This document shows positions 1-12,823 of a DNA stretch of 64,000 nucleotides, one piece after another. The DNA is from an uncultured Gemmatimonadales bacterium (GTDB taxonomy: Bacteria; Gemmatimonadota; Gemmatimonadetes; Gemmatimonadales; Gemmatimonadaceae). The notes below the pieces were generated by a model. The model made no database searches, had not been told where the DNA came from, and was given only the letters and a program-made list of their open reading frames with translations. Both the position numbers and the translations under genes were made by a program. Where the stretch lies: positions 160,001 to 224,000 of the forward strand of contig CAWBZV010000014.1 in the NCBI GenBank assembly GCA_963793305.1, given 5' to 3'. How positions within the stretch are numbered: position 1 is the first letter of the stretch; every line of letters starts with the position of its first letter.

Positions 1-2
1 GC

Positions 3-872
3 GTCGCGTACTTCAGCCAGCCGTTGAGAGCCGCCGTCGAGACGGGTGACGATGCGCAGATCACGGTCTTCGACACGACGTTGCATGCGCTGGCGCTCAC
101 GCTCCGTGGACGGCACCTGATCATCGCGGGGCCTGGCCAGGATGGCCTGCGGACGATCGTGGAAGTGTTCGAGGTCTCGAACGACAGCTCGATGACGCTC
201 GTCGCCGGAGGACCGAACGCGGATCGTCCGACGTGGACCACGCTCTTGCCGGCGGGCGCCACGCGCTTTCGCGTCGGACAAGGCGATATCGCGGCCGACG
301 CCGTGACCGCGACGAATGGACGCGTCGACGTCTTCGCGCCGTTCGCGCCTGGCGTGAAACAGTTCTCGTTCTCGTTCGCGCTCCCGCAGAGCGCGTTTCC
401 GGTCGCGCTGCCGCTCGAGCACCCGACCGGCATGATCGAGGCGTTGACGGAGGAGCCCGCGGCGACGGTGCGCTCGCCGGCGCTCGCGCCGACGGCGGCG
501 GTGACGGTTCAGGGCCAGACGTTCCAACGTTTCGTTGGGGAGAACACGCCGGCCAGCGGCGTCCTGCGCATCGATGTCCCGGCGCCTCCCGTGAGCGGCC
601 AGCCGATCTACATGGCCGCGCTGATCGCGGTCGTCGGCGGCGCGTTGCTGCTCGGGCTCGCGCGAGCGTTCACACGCCCGGTCCTGCGCGCGATCGCGCC
701 CGAGGGCGAACGGGAGCGCCTGGCGCGCGAGATCGCCGAGTTGGACGATGCGTTCGGGCGGAGTCCTTCTCCGTCACAACGAGCGCGGGCGACCTACACC
801 ACGAAACGCGATGCGCTCAAAGCCGAGCTCACCAATGCGCTGGCTGCTGCTCCTCGCGCTCACCGCGTGTAG
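3..872 (+). CDS. hypothetical exported/membrane protein, 5'-truncated by window edge
   Basis: Frame is open from position 3 (VAYFSQPLRAAV...). Hydrophobic segment near the C-terminus (IYMAALIAVVGGALLLGLA), then a helical tail. Overlaps the next gene. Confidence 0.7.
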   Translation, partial: VAYFSQPLRAAVETGDDAQITVFDTTLHALALTLRGRHLIIAGPGQDGLRTIVEVFEVSNDSSMTLVAGGPNADRPTWTTLLPAGATRFRVGQGDIAADAVTATNGRVDVFAPFAPGVKQFSFSFALPQSAFPVALPLEHPTGMIEALTEEPAATVRSPALAPTAAVTVQGQTFQRFVGENTPASGVLRIDVPAPPVSGQPIYMAALIAVVGGALLLGLARAFTRPVLRAIAPEGERERLAREIAELDDAFGRSPSPSQRARATYTTKRDALKAELTNALAAAPRAHRV

Positions 873-1662
873 CGGCAGCCACCAAGCGTCGCCGCGCGAT
901 CGCGCGACCGACGATTTTGGTGACACCGTTCCGGTTGGGTTGGCGGCCCGTCGCATCGCGTCGCTCAACCCCGCGACGACCGAGTTGCTCTTCGCCATGG
1001 GCGACGGAGGCCGGCTCGTCGGCCGCACGCACTGGGATGACTATCCGCCCGCAGCGGCTGCCGTGCCGGACCTCGGCAACGGACTGCGGCCGAATATCGA
1101 GGCGGTGCTCGCCGTGCATCCCGATCTCGTGCTGCTCTACGCCAGCGCCGACAATCGGTCGACCGCGCTCAAGCTGCACGAGCTCGGCGTCGCGACGCTG
1201 TCCATCAAAGTCGATCACATCGCCGACTTCGCGCGGGAGGCTCGCCTTCTGGGGCGGGTGCTCGGCGATTCCGCGGCCGCCGCGACGGTGGTCGACTCGG
1301 TCCAGCGCACGCTCGACCGCGTGCGCGCGGCCACGGCTTCGCTGCCGCATCCGACGGTCTTCTGGGTCGTCTGGGAGTCGCCACTGATGGCCGTCGGTGG
1401 CGGCAGCTTTCTCGACGAGCTGATCACGATCGCCGGGGGAACCAATATTTATGGCGCGATGAGTGCGCCATCTCCCGTCGTCTCGCGCGAGGACGTCATG
1501 AGCCATCACCCGGACGTGATCTTTACGTCTCCCCAGGGGGCCAAAGATTGGAGCGGCCGGGTACTCGTGCCGGACACGACGCTCATTGGCCACCCATCCG
1601 TGCGACTCGGCGAAGCCGCCGTCTCGTTGGCCAATCTGTTGCACCCGGGAGTGATAAAGTAG
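835..1662 (+). CDS. cobalamin/Fe-siderophore ABC transporter substrate-binding lipoprotein (BtuF-like)
   Basis: ATG 835 with lipobox LLLALTAC. Motifs RIASLNPATTELLFAMG, LVGRTHWDDYP, PNIEAVLAVHPDLV, GGGSFLDELITIAGG. Confidence 0.85.
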   Translation: MRWLLLLALTACSGSHQASPRDRATDDFGDTVPVGLAARRIASLNPATTELLFAMGDGGRLVGRTHWDDYPPAAAAVPDLGNGLRPNIEAVLAVHPDLVLLYASADNRSTALKLHELGVATLSIKVDHIADFAREARLLGRVLGDSAAAATVVDSVQRTLDRVRAATASLPHPTVFWVVWESPLMAVGGGSFLDELITIAGGTNIYGAMSAPSPVVSREDVMSHHPDVIFTSPQGAKDWSGRVLVPDTTLIGHPSVRLGEAAVSLANLLHPGVIK

Positions 1663-2612
1663 GTGCGGCGTCTCTGGGTGGGTGCCGTGATCGTGCTGTT
1701 TGTTTTGTTCATAGTTGCCCTGGCGGTTGGCCCGGTGGCGATCCCGATGCACGACCTGTGGAGCAGCGAGATCGTCCGCGCGGTACGCCTGCCGCGTGCC
1801 GTGCTGGCGCTGCTCGTCGGCGCCGGCCTCGGGATGAGTGGTGGCGCGCTCCAAGGCGTGCTCCGGAATGGGCTGGCCGAGCCGTACCTGCTCGGCGTGT
1901 CCGGCGGTGCGGCCGTCGGCGCGGTCGTGGCCGCGATGCTCGGACTCGCCGGACCGGCGACGACACCGCTCGCCGCGCTCATCGGCGCGGTGGCGGCGGT
2001 GGTGCTGGTGCTGATCGTCGCTCGGGTGGGTGGCGGGCGAGGCGCGGATCCGCGTGTGCTGATCATGGCTGGCGTGGTCGTCGGCGCCTTCGCGAATGCC
2101 GCTATCATGGTCGCGCTGGCATCGGCGCCGGCGGATACCGTTCGCGGGGCCGTCTGGTGGATGATGGGGTCTGTGGCCGACGCGAATTGGCCCGGGATCG
2201 CGTGGCTGGCGGGCTACGTCGCGGTCGGCGGCTCCCTGTTGCTCCTCTGGGCGCCGGAGATCGACGCGCTCGCCCTGGGAGACGAGGCCGCCGCGGCGAT
2301 CGGCGTCGACGTTGACCGGGCGAGCCGGCGGATCTTTCTCGCTGCCGCCACCGTTGCCGCGGCGACCGTCGCGGCGGCGGGTCTCGTCGGGTTCGTCGGG
2401 CTCGTCGTCCCACACATTGCCCGCAGCGGTGGCGCCCGTGCGTCTCGCGCCATCCTCGGGGCCTCGGCCCTCGTGGGGGCCGCGCTGGTGCTCGCGGCCG
2501 ACATTGCGGCCCGCACGGCTCGGGCGCCGGCCGATCTGCCACTCGGCGCGATTACGGCCCTCGTCGGTGTTCCGTTCTTTCTGTCCGATTGCGCCTTCGG
2601 CGCTCGCCGTGA
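1663..2612 (+). CDS. FecCD/BtuC-family ABC permease (probable 1-nt deletion near 2583)
   Basis: VRLPRAVLALLVGAGL, LRNGLAEPYLLGVSGGA, GFVGLVVPHIAR, LPLGAITALVGVPFF. Restoring one base gives ...RLRLRRSP* ending at TGA 2610-2612 with a GTGA overlap. Confidence 0.85.
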
Positions 2613-3381
2613 TCACCGTTCGCGACCTCGTGGTGCGGTACGACGGCGCGCCAAGTTGGCGTTCGACGGTGTGACCTTGGGAGCCGAGAGGGGCGCGTTA
2701 ACGGCACTCGTTGGCCCGAATGGCAGCGGGAAGAGCACGCTGGTGCGAGCGATGATCGGGCGCGTACCGGTCGAGCGGGGCAGCATTCGCATCGATGAGG
2801 AGGACGCGCTGGCGCTGTCCCGTCGCGCGTTCGCCAGGCGGGTAGCCGTGGTCACGCAACGCGATGAGCCGGCGTTTCCGCTGCTCGGCCGCGAGTACAT
2901 CGCGCTGGGACGCTATGCGCATGGCGGGTTGTTCCGAACGGCGCAGAGCGACGATCCGGCGGTCGACGAGGCCGCCGAGCGAGCGGGGGTCACGGCGTTC
3001 CTGGAGCGGCGGACGGACCAGCTATCCGGCGGGGAGTGGCAGCGGCTGCGTATCGCCAGGGCGTTGGCGCAGGGTGGTGAAGCGCTGGTGCTCGATGAGC
3101 CGACGACCTTCTTGGATATCGGGCATGAAATGGCGCTCTTCGAGCTCCTGGCGGATCTCGCGCGGAGTGGCTTGGCCGTGCTGCTCGTGAGCCATCAGCT
3201 CAACCTCGTCGCGAGGTTCGCGGGACACGTCGTCCTACTACACCATGGCCGCGTGGTGGCCGCAGGGTCGCCCACAAACGTTATGCAGGCGCCGGTGCTG
3301 GAGTCGGTGTACGAGTGGCCGCTCGTCGTCACGCACGATCCCGCCGTCGGCGCGCCAATGTTGGTGCCGCTCCGACGTTAG
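2609..3381 (+). CDS. ABC transporter ATP-binding protein (BtuD/FepC-like; probable 1-nt deletion near 2652)
   Basis: GTG 2609 gives MITVRDLVVRYDG, then a frame shift into GPNGSGKST (Walker A), LSGGEWQR (signature), VLDEPT (Walker B) and VSHQLN. Confidence 0.85.
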
Positions 3382-3390
3382 ACTTCGGGT

Positions 3391-4150
3391 ATGGCGCTCG
3401 TGACAACCGAGGCCGTTGTGCTGCACGCGTTCGACTACATGGAGTCGTCGCGGATCTATCGCCTCCTGACGCGTGATCGTGGGCTGCAATCCGCGCTGGC
3501 GAAAGGCGCCCGGCGCGCGAGGGCGAAAGTCGGCAGCTCGGTCGACCTCTTCGCGCAGGGGGAAGCGCATCTCTACGTCAAGCAGGGGCGCGATCTGCAC
3601 ACACTGGCGACGTTCGATGTCACGCGCTCGCGCACGGCGCTGGTGGCTGTGCCCGGGCGGTTCACGGCGGCGGCGGCGTTGGCCGAGCTGGTGCTGCGGT
3701 TCATGCAGGAAGATCCCGTTGGTGGTCCCGCGATCTTCGACACCGTCGTTCACGGTCTGGAGATGATCAGCGCGGCGGACGCCGCCGCCGTTCGCGAAGC
3801 CGGCCTCTCGGCCGCGTGGTCGCTCGTCGCCGAGCTCGGATTCGCGCCGGAGGTCGAGCACTGCAGCAGCTGCCACTCGGCGGTCGAGCCCACGATCGCC
3901 GCGGCGTTCAGCTGCCCGGCAGGAGGGGTGCTGTGCGAGCGCTGCGCGCGCGGGGCGTCCGTCAAACGACTCCTTCCGCCGAGGGCGCGCGAGGCGCTCG
4001 TTCGCTGGTCCGCCGGCGAGCGGTCGACGATCGCCGACGATGGTGACGGTCGGGCGCACCAGCGCCTCCTGCGCGAGTTCGTGTCCGAGCATTCTGGCCG
4101 AGTCGCGAGAGCTCCGCGCATTCACGGCGTGGGAAACTAACGTCATATGA
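3391..4150 (+). CDS. recO: DNA repair protein RecO (extra T near 4092)
   Basis: [21 protein letters not shown]...AKGARR N-terminus, CxxC...CxxC zinc motif. Removing one T gives [12 protein letters not shown]...* with an ATGA overlap on selB. Confidence 0.9.
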
Positions 4151-6012
4151 TCCTCGGCACGGCCGGGCATATCGACCACGGGAAGACCGCGCTGGTCAAA
4201 GCGCTGACCGGTGTGGATACCGACCGGCTGCCCGAGGAGCGACGGCGGGGGATCACGATCGAGCTCGGATTCGCGCCACTCGTGCTGGAGGGCGTCGGCA
4301 CGGTCGGTGTGGTTGACGTGCCGGGCCACGAGGCGTTCGTCAGGACCATGCTCGCCGGAGCGAGCGGGATCGATCTGGCGTTGCTTGTCGTGGCGGCGGA
4401 TGAGGGGCCGATGCCGCAGACGCGGGAGCATTCGGCGATACTCGACCTGCTCGGCATCCGCGCCGGGGTGGTCGCGCTGACGAAAGTAGACCTGGTCGAT
4501 CCCGACTGGCTGGCCCTCGTGCGGGAAGATCTCGGCGGCTTACTCGCGACTTCGTCGCTCGCCACCGCTCCCATGGTCGACACATTGGTCCTGACGGGTG
4601 CGGGGCTCGACGATCTGCGAGTGGCGCTGACTAGCGCCGCCCTGGCGATTCCACGGCGGGACGACGCCGACCTCTTTCGCATGCCGGTCGACCGGGCGTT
4701 CACCATCAAGGGCACCGGCACCGTGGTCACGGGCACCGTGTGGAGCGGGTCGCTGAGTAGGGACGCTGTCGTCCGGATCATGCCCGGCGGGCGAGAGGCG
4801 CGCGTGCGGGGCCTGGAGTCGCACGGCCAGTCAGTCGACCGGGTGACGCCGGGATCGCGGGCCGCCGTGAGTCTGGGCGGTGTCGACGTCGGCGATGTGC
4901 CTCGCGGGTCGACGCTGGTGACCGACGCGGCGTGGACCGAAGCGAGCGTCATCCGGGCGGACGTTCGCCTCGTCGACGGGGCCGAGCTCGGACCCCGCAC
5001 GCGGGTGCGCTTCCACCTCGGCACGAGGGATGTCAGTGCACGGGTCGTTGCCAGATCAGGCAACGGAGACAAGGCAGCCCGCATCGTGCTGGACGAGCCG
5101 ATCGTCGCTCGGGGAGGGGATCGGTTTGTCCTCAGAACCGCGTCGCCAGTGTCCACGGTAGGAGGCGGTGTCATCACTGACCCGTCGCCAGTGGGGCGGC
5201 GTGTGAGAGTGTGGCAGGGGTCGGGGTACAGCGTCGGTGAGCGTCTAGAATTGTTGATAACTGATGCTGGTGAGTCAGGTCTTGAGCGCACACGCCTCCC
5301 AGTGCGACTCGGTATCACAAAAGATCGCATCGAATCAACACTAGATAACACTAGTCAACAGTATGTAGTAATTAATGATAAACTATTCGACATGCTGTGG
5401 ATTGGTAGCGCTGAAGACCGCGTGCTCGCCGATGTCGATGCGTTCCATGCGCGCGAGCCGCTAGAGGCGGGAATGTCGCTACAAGCGATTCGCAGCGGGC
5501 TAGGTGTAGTACCAGTAGTGGCCAATGCGGTCGTCTCGCGATTGGTGGAGCGCGGCCTCGTGGTCGTCGATCGCGGGTTAGTGCATCGGAACGGATGGTC
5601 ACCGAGCCCGAGTTTGGCGCAGCGGTCAGCGCTCGACGCAGTGGAGCGGGTTCTGCATCAATCTGGAAGGGAGCCGCCGAGCGTTGGCGAGCTGGCGGCG
5701 ACGTACGGGTCCGAAGTTGGAGCGATTCTGCGTTTGCTCGAACGGAGGGGGCAGATCGTTCAAGTTGAGCCGGATCGGTATTATGCAGTATCGGCGCTGG
5801 AGGCCGTGGTTTCGGACCTTCGGCGTGGGACTGAGACCGGAAGGGCCTATGGGCCGTCAGAACTGAGGGAGGTCCTGGGGGTATCCAGGAAGTATCTGAT
5901 CCCATTGTTGGAATATTGTGACCGGAGGGCGGTCACTGCACGAAGAGAGTCGGGTAGGATCGTGCAACCGTTTGATGCAGTTGACAGTCAGTTGGATAGA
6001 CGCCTATCGTAG
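4147..6012 (+). CDS. selB: selenocysteine-specific translation elongation factor
   Basis: [56 protein letters not shown], and the C-terminal winged-helix motif [13 protein letters not shown]. Confidence 0.95.
   Translation: MILGTAGHIDHGKTALVKALTGVDTDRLPEERRRGITIELGFAPLVLEGVGTVGVVDVPGHEAFVRTMLAGASGIDLALLVVAADEGPMPQTREHSAILDLLGIRAGVVALTKVDLVDPDWLALVREDLGGLLATSSLATAPMVDTLVLTGAGLDDLRVALTSAALAIPRRDDADLFRMPVDRAFTIKGTGTVVTGTVWSGSLSRDAVVRIMPGGREARVRGLESHGQSVDRVTPGSRAAVSLGGVDVGDVPRGSTLVTDAAWTEASVIRADVRLVDGAELGPRTRVRFHLGTRDVSARVVARSGNGDKAARIVLDEPIVARGGDRFVLRTASPVSTVGGGVITDPSPVGRRVRVWQGSGYSVGERLELLITDAGESGLERTRLPVRLGITKDRIESTLDNTSQQYVVINDKLFDMLWIGSAEDRVLADVDAFHAREPLEAGMSLQAIRSGLGVVPVVANAVVSRLVERGLVVVDRGLVHRNGWSPSPSLAQRSALDAVERVLHQSGREPPSVGELAATYGSEVGAILRLLERRGQIVQVEPDRYYAVSALEAVVSDLRRGTETGRAYGPSELREVLGVSRKYLIPLLEYCDRRAVTARRESGRIVQPFDAVDSQLDRRLS
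5981..6010 (+). promoter_or_regulatory. putative sigma70 promoter for the 6073 gene
   Basis: TTGACA (5981-5986), 18-nt spacer, TATCGT (6005-6010), at the 3' end of selB. Confidence 0.45.
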
Positions 6013-6072
6013 TGATGGGCCGTCACTAAGGAGCTAGGCGCAACTTTCTTTCGTCAGTCTCGGAGCGTTCGT

Positions 6073-6528
6073 ATGGTTAGCCGTTGGGCAGCACTTGTTT
6101 TTGTGCTTGCTCTCGGTGTGTTGGTACCACGACACGCCTTGGCGCAGGGAGGGACTCTTCCTGCACCGGGGAAAAGTCGTCCCGGGTTGGTCTTAGGATC
6201 GAGCTACCCGAACCCCTTGGTTTCGGAGACGAGGATTCCGTTCACGGTTGGTGATAGTACGTGCACGGGATCGACGCGGCAGTACAAGGTCAGTCTCCGG
6301 ATCTACAATCTGTTGGCCCAGCTGGTGGCGGTGCCGGTGTTGCAGAATGGTACCATCACGCTTGCCGGGGGCGAGCCGTTAGGGGGTGTGCTACTCACCT
6401 GTGGCAGGTACACGGCGTATTGGAATGGCACGTCAGTGATGGATAAGCAGCGCGTCGCGCCAGGAGTGTATCTCTATCAACTGGACGTTGACGGGCAGAC
6501 TGACGTGAAGAAGATATTGGTCCAATAG
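6073..6528 (+). CDS. secreted small protein with FlgD-Ig / T9SS-CTD-like domain
   Basis: GGAG RBS, signal peptide ending ALA-Q, motifs SYPNP, LRIYNLLAQLV, YWNG, PGVYLYQL, KKILV. Confidence 0.7.
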   Translation: MVSRWAALVFVLALGVLVPRHALAQGGTLPAPGKSRPGLVLGSSYPNPLVSETRIPFTVGDSTCTGSTRQYKVSLRIYNLLAQLVAVPVLQNGTITLAGGEPLGGVLLTCGRYTAYWNGTSVMDKQRVAPGVYLYQLDVDGQTDVKKILVQ

Positions 6529-6529
6529 C

Positions 6530-6568
6530 AAGACGCTCCGGCCCCTGTGGCGCGGGGCGTCTTTTTTT
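6530..6568 (+). terminator. Rho-independent terminator
   Basis: AAGACGCTCCG ... CGGGGCGTCTT stem (one G-U pair) running into a T tract, directly after TAG 6528. Confidence 0.8.
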
Positions 6569-6632
6569 GTGCGCGTGGCGCTTCGCGCCTACGCACACTG
6601 TAATCGAGCCCCAGGCGAAGCGCCGCGCGCAC

Positions 6633-7060
6633 CTAGATGGCTGGTTTCTTGGCCGGAGGCACAACCGGCTGCCGTACGCCAGGTGTGCCAGGCGGACGAG
6701 CGACCGAAGGCGCCGCAGGCGCTGAGGGAGTTGTCGTCCGGTTGGGGACGGGATGCGCAGCCTTGTTCGCGGCGGCCGCCACGCGAGCATCGATCGCGTG
6801 AAGCAACTCCACCGCGTGATCCGGCCGCTCGGCGAGCCGACTCGCCACACTCTCGAGCACGGTCGGCGTGAGCCGATACACCCGGAGTACGGAGTCCCGC
6901 TTGCGGACGCGGCCAGCGCTATCCAGACTGGTATCCTGGGCCACCAACCGAAGCCCAGTCATGGACCTGACGAACGTCGAATCGCTGACATCGCTCCCAG
7001 TCGGATGTCGGCACGCCAGGCTGGCGGCTGCTATGATAATCCCTAGGCCAGCGCGGCATG
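6633..7060 (-). CDS. hypothetical lipoprotein (probable extra base just after the start codon)
   Basis: 3' part of ORF 6633..8858. Removing one C after ATG 7060 gives the lipoprotein signal [16 protein letters not shown]. Pro/Ala-rich tail. Confidence 0.55.
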
Positions 7061-7099
7061 CCGGCCGCGCCCAAACGTGCCAGTTTCGCGGCCTAGAGG

Positions 7100-7115
7100 C
7101 GGTCCTCCGATTGCG
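7100..7115 (+). promoter_or_regulatory. putative sigma54-type -24/-12 element upstream of clpB
   Basis: CGGTCCTCCGATTGCG has GG-N10-GC spacing with TTGC and ends 12 nt before ATG 7128. Confidence 0.35.
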
Positions 7116-7127
7116 AATCACAGACGC

Positions 7128-9733
<2,606 letters not shown>

Positions 9734-9737
<4 letters not shown>

Positions 9738-10195
9738 GGATCGATGAGCGCGATGCCGTCTTCATGACATTGGCGCTCGACGAAGCACGTGCGGCGGCGT
9801 CGGCGGGCGAAGTGCCCGTCGGCGCCGTCGTCGTATTCGGCGACACGATCGTGGCGCGAGCGAGCAATCGCATGCGCCGCGACAACGAGGCCACGGCGCA
9901 CGCGGAGTCCCTGGCGATCCGCGCCGCCTATCTCACGCTCGGCCGTCCCCGGCTCGAAGGATGCACGTTGTACGTGACCCTCGAGCCGTGCGCGATGTGC
10001 GCGGGCGCGATCGTGCTGGCGCGGTTCGACCGGATCGTGTTCGGCGCCTGGGACGAGAAAGCCGGCATGGCGGGATCGGTCGGCGATCTCCTCAGGCACC
10101 CGCGCTTGAATCACCGACCGGAGGTCGCGGCCGGTGTCTGCGCCGACGAGTGCGGCGCGCTCCTCACGGCCTTCTTCGCGGCGCGCCGTCAGTAG
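9734..10195 (+). CDS. tadA: tRNA adenosine(34) deaminase
   Basis: [36 protein letters not shown] overlap with clpB. Confidence 0.92.
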
Positions 10196-11469
10196 AGCGC
10201 ATACAGGTTTCCATCGGCGCTTCCGATGTACAGCGTGTGGTCGACGATGACCGGCGACGACAGGATGGCGCCGAGGATGAATTGTTTCTCGACGAGGGCG
10301 ACCATCGTGTCGTAGAACGGCTCGAAATGCTTGCCGGCGAAGTCGATCGTGCCGTCCGGCTTGAGGTACGCTGGCAAGTGGGCGCGCGACCCATCACTCT
10401 GGAACGTCCAGGCTGATTTCTTCGTGTTCAGGTCGACAGCCGTTAGCGTGCCGTCCCAGTTGCCGACGTACAGCCAATGTCCGGCGAGGGCTGGCGACCC
10501 AAAGATGTACCAGCGCACCGGCAACTCGAACACCGTGGCCCCGGTCTTGGCATCGAGCGCCCAAATGCGCTTGGAGTCGCTCGTGCCAAAATACACCTTA
10601 CCGTCGCGCACCGCGGGCGAGCTGACGACCCAGGAGCCGTGGTTGTCGAACGACCACTTCTGGGCGCCGGTCTGCGCGTCGAGGGCATAGAACTTCGAGT
10701 CTCGGCATCCGAAGTAGACCATGCCATCGGCTACCGCGGCCGAGCTCTGAATGCCGACCTGATTATGAATGTCGGGATCTTCGCCGGTCTTGAATCGCCA
10801 TTTGAGAGTGCCCGTCGCGGCGTTGAGCGCGTAGAACCAACTGTCCCAGCTTCCGATATACACGACGCCGTCGGCGATCGCGGGCGATGCGTGGATGACA
10901 TCACCCGTCTGATACTTCCAACGCAGTGAGCCTGACGCGGCGTCGACCGCGTAGACATAGCCGTCACCGCTGCCGAAGTACACGACACCGTTGGACACCG
11001 CCGGCGATGACAGAAAGACGTTGAACGGGTCGGGCATCCGCTCGGCGACTGGCAGCACGCCGTGGAGGTGCGTTCCCGCGAACCGGCGCTCCCCTTGGGT
11101 CGCGAACTTCCATTTCAGCGTGCCGGCAGATGCGTCAGCCGCGTACAGATTCCCGTCGTAACTCACGACATAGACGACGCCGTTCGACACGGCTGGCGAG
11201 GATGTCACGCGGGCGCCGGTCGCGAGCTTCCAGCGCAGGGTCCCGTGGCCCAAATCGACCGCATACAGGTTGCCATCGGTGCTGCCAACGTACGCGGTCC
11301 GGCCTGCGATGGCGGGTGATGCGATCACGCGACCGCCGGTGTGGAACCGCCATTTGACGCCGGCCAGCTTCGCGATGCCGGTATCACCGTAGACAGCCGT
11401 GTGCGCGAGGTCGCCACGGAACATCGCGGTCTGGAGCAGGGCGACGCAGCCGAGCAGGAGTAAGGGCAT
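10189..11469 (-). CDS. PQQ-binding-like beta-propeller repeat protein
   Basis: Repeated SSPAV..G.VY.GS.DG..YA.DA..G...W units. N-terminal MFRGD..HT motif after a short signal. Confidence 0.9.
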   Translation of the reverse strand: MPLLLLGCVALLQTAMFRGDLAHTAVYGDTGIAKLAGVKWRFHTGGRVIASPAIAGRTAYVGSTDGNLYAVDLGHGTLRWKLATGARVTSSPAVSNGVVYVVSYDGNLYAADASAGTLKWKFATQGERRFAGTHLHGVLPVAERMPDPFNVFLSSPAVSNGVVYFGSGDGYVYAVDAASGSLRWKYQTGDVIHASPAIADGVVYIGSWDSWFYALNAATGTLKWRFKTGEDPDIHNQVGIQSSAAVADGMVYFGCRDSKFYALDAQTGAQKWSFDNHGSWVVSSPAVRDGKVYFGTSDSKRIWALDAKTGATVFELPVRWYIFGSPALAGHWLYVGNWDGTLTAVDLNTKKSAWTFQSDGSRAHLPAYLKPDGTIDFAGKHFEPFYDTMVALVEKQFILGAILSSPVIVDHTLYIGSADGNLYALY

Positions 11470-11537
11470 TCGGTGAACTTGCGGACGACTTCCCGGATTT
11501 GACACGTTCGAGTGATGAAATCACCGATGGCGGGGGC

Positions 11538-12050
11538 GTGATAGACTACCCGTACTTCCGACCGACACCCACGGAGTTGGCCGCGTTCATCGCGAGCCAG
11601 CGAATGGGACGACTGGTGACAGCGAATGCGGAGGGATGTCCGCACATTGGCCTCTATCCGTTTGTCACGGATGGAGACGCGGTCGAGGTGCATCTCGTGG
11701 AAGGTGATGGCCAGGTCGCCGACATCCGCCAGAACCCCAGGGTCGTGTTCGAGGTCGACGAGATCCTCGCGTTCATGCCCTCGTATTTGGAGCATCCGGA
11801 GAGCGGCCAAAAAGCCGATCACCACTATCGGACGGCGATGATCGAGGGCGAGGCGCGTATCGCAGACGAGCCCGACGCGGTCGCCGAGCACCTCAGTCGA
11901 CTCATCGCACGGTATCAACCCGAAGGCAGATATCGTCCGGTGACCGCGACGGATCCCATGTACGCCCCGGGCGTTGCCCGCCTTGTCATGATCCGCGTCG
12001 AACCCGCGCGAGTATGGGCCAAATTCAAATTGGGCCAGCAGCCAAGATGA
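11538..12050 (+). CDS. FMN-binding split-barrel protein (PaiB / pyridoxamine 5'-phosphate oxidase-like), possibly C-terminally short
   Basis: GRLVT...G.PH...YPF, NPRVVFEVD, YRTAMIEG, AKFKLGQ near the C-terminus. Confidence 0.7.
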   Translation: MIDYPYFRPTPTELAAFIASQRMGRLVTANAEGCPHIGLYPFVTDGDAVEVHLVEGDGQVADIRQNPRVVFEVDEILAFMPSYLEHPESGQKADHHYRTAMIEGEARIADEPDAVAEHLSRLIARYQPEGRYRPVTATDPMYAPGVARLVMIRVEPARVWAKFKLGQQPR

Positions 12051-12823
12051 AAACGCTCCTGACCGGTGTGGCAATGGGTGAGTCGCCGCGGTGGCACGAG
12101 GGGCGTCTCTGGTTCTCTGATTGGGGCGCGCAGGAGATCATCGCCGTAGACCCTCAGGGCAAGCGGGAAGTCGTGCGCCGCGTACCGTTCGAGCTGCCAT
12201 TCTCATTCGACTGGCTCCCCAACGGCCGCCTGATCGTGATCGCGGGCCGCGAGGCCAAAATCCACGATGACTACGCGGATCTTTCGTCGATCGCAGCAGG
12301 CTGGAACGAGATCGTCGTCGACGGGCGCGGCAACACGTACGTCAACGGCACCGGCGTCATCGCGCTGGTCAGACCGGACGGATCAGTCGAGCGCGTCGGT
12401 GACGGCGGAGCGTTCCCGAACGGCATGGCCGTGACACCCGACAACGCGACGCTCATTCTCGCCGAGTCCTACGCACGGCAACTGGCCGCGTTCGACATCG
12501 CGGCCGACGGGACGCTGTCGAATCGGCGCACGTGGGCCGCGCTCGGCAATGGCGTGCCTGACGGGATATGCATGGATGCCGATGGCGCCGTCTGGTACGC
12601 CGACGTGCCGAACAAGTGCTGCGTCCGCGTGCGCGAGGGTGGCGACGTGCTCGACAAGGTGCAACTCGACCGCGGCGGGTTTGCGTGCATGCTCGGCGGC
12701 AGCACATTGTACATCGTCGCCAACGAGTGGCGCGGCATGGACAAGGTCGCCGAGGTCGCGGCGGCACGAACTGGACAGATTCTTACGATCGAAGCACCCT
12801 CTCCTCACACTGGATGGCCATGA
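12047..12823 (+). CDS. SMP-30/gluconolactonase/LRE family protein
   Basis: GESPRWHEGRLWFSDW, NEIVVDGRG, FPNGMAVTPD, PDGICMDADGAVW. Confidence 0.9.
   Translation: MKTLLTGVAMGESPRWHEGRLWFSDWGAQEIIAVDPQGKREVVRRVPFELPFSFDWLPNGRLIVIAGREAKIHDDYADLSSIAAGWNEIVVDGRGNTYVNGTGVIALVRPDGSVERVGDGGAFPNGMAVTPDNATLILAESYARQLAAFDIAADGTLSNRRTWAALGNGVPDGICMDADGAVWYADVPNKCCVRVREGGDVLDKVQLDRGGFACMLGGSTLYIVANEWRGMDKVAEVAAARTGQILTIEAPSPHTGWP

Noticed and set aside
1663..3381. Apparent permease-ATPase fusion (572-aa ORF)
   Set aside because: The linker is out-of-frame sequence. Two single-base restorations give a normal permease stop and an ATPase start (MITVRDLVVRY) with a GTGA overlap.
5355..5385. dif site in the AT-rich island
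   Set aside because: TAATGATAAAC partly resembles a XerD arm, but there is no matching XerC arm at the 6-bp spacing.
10189..11469. Repetitive sequence in the propeller gene and the PAS-PAS kinase
   Set aside because: Protein-domain repeats, not DNA repeat arrays.
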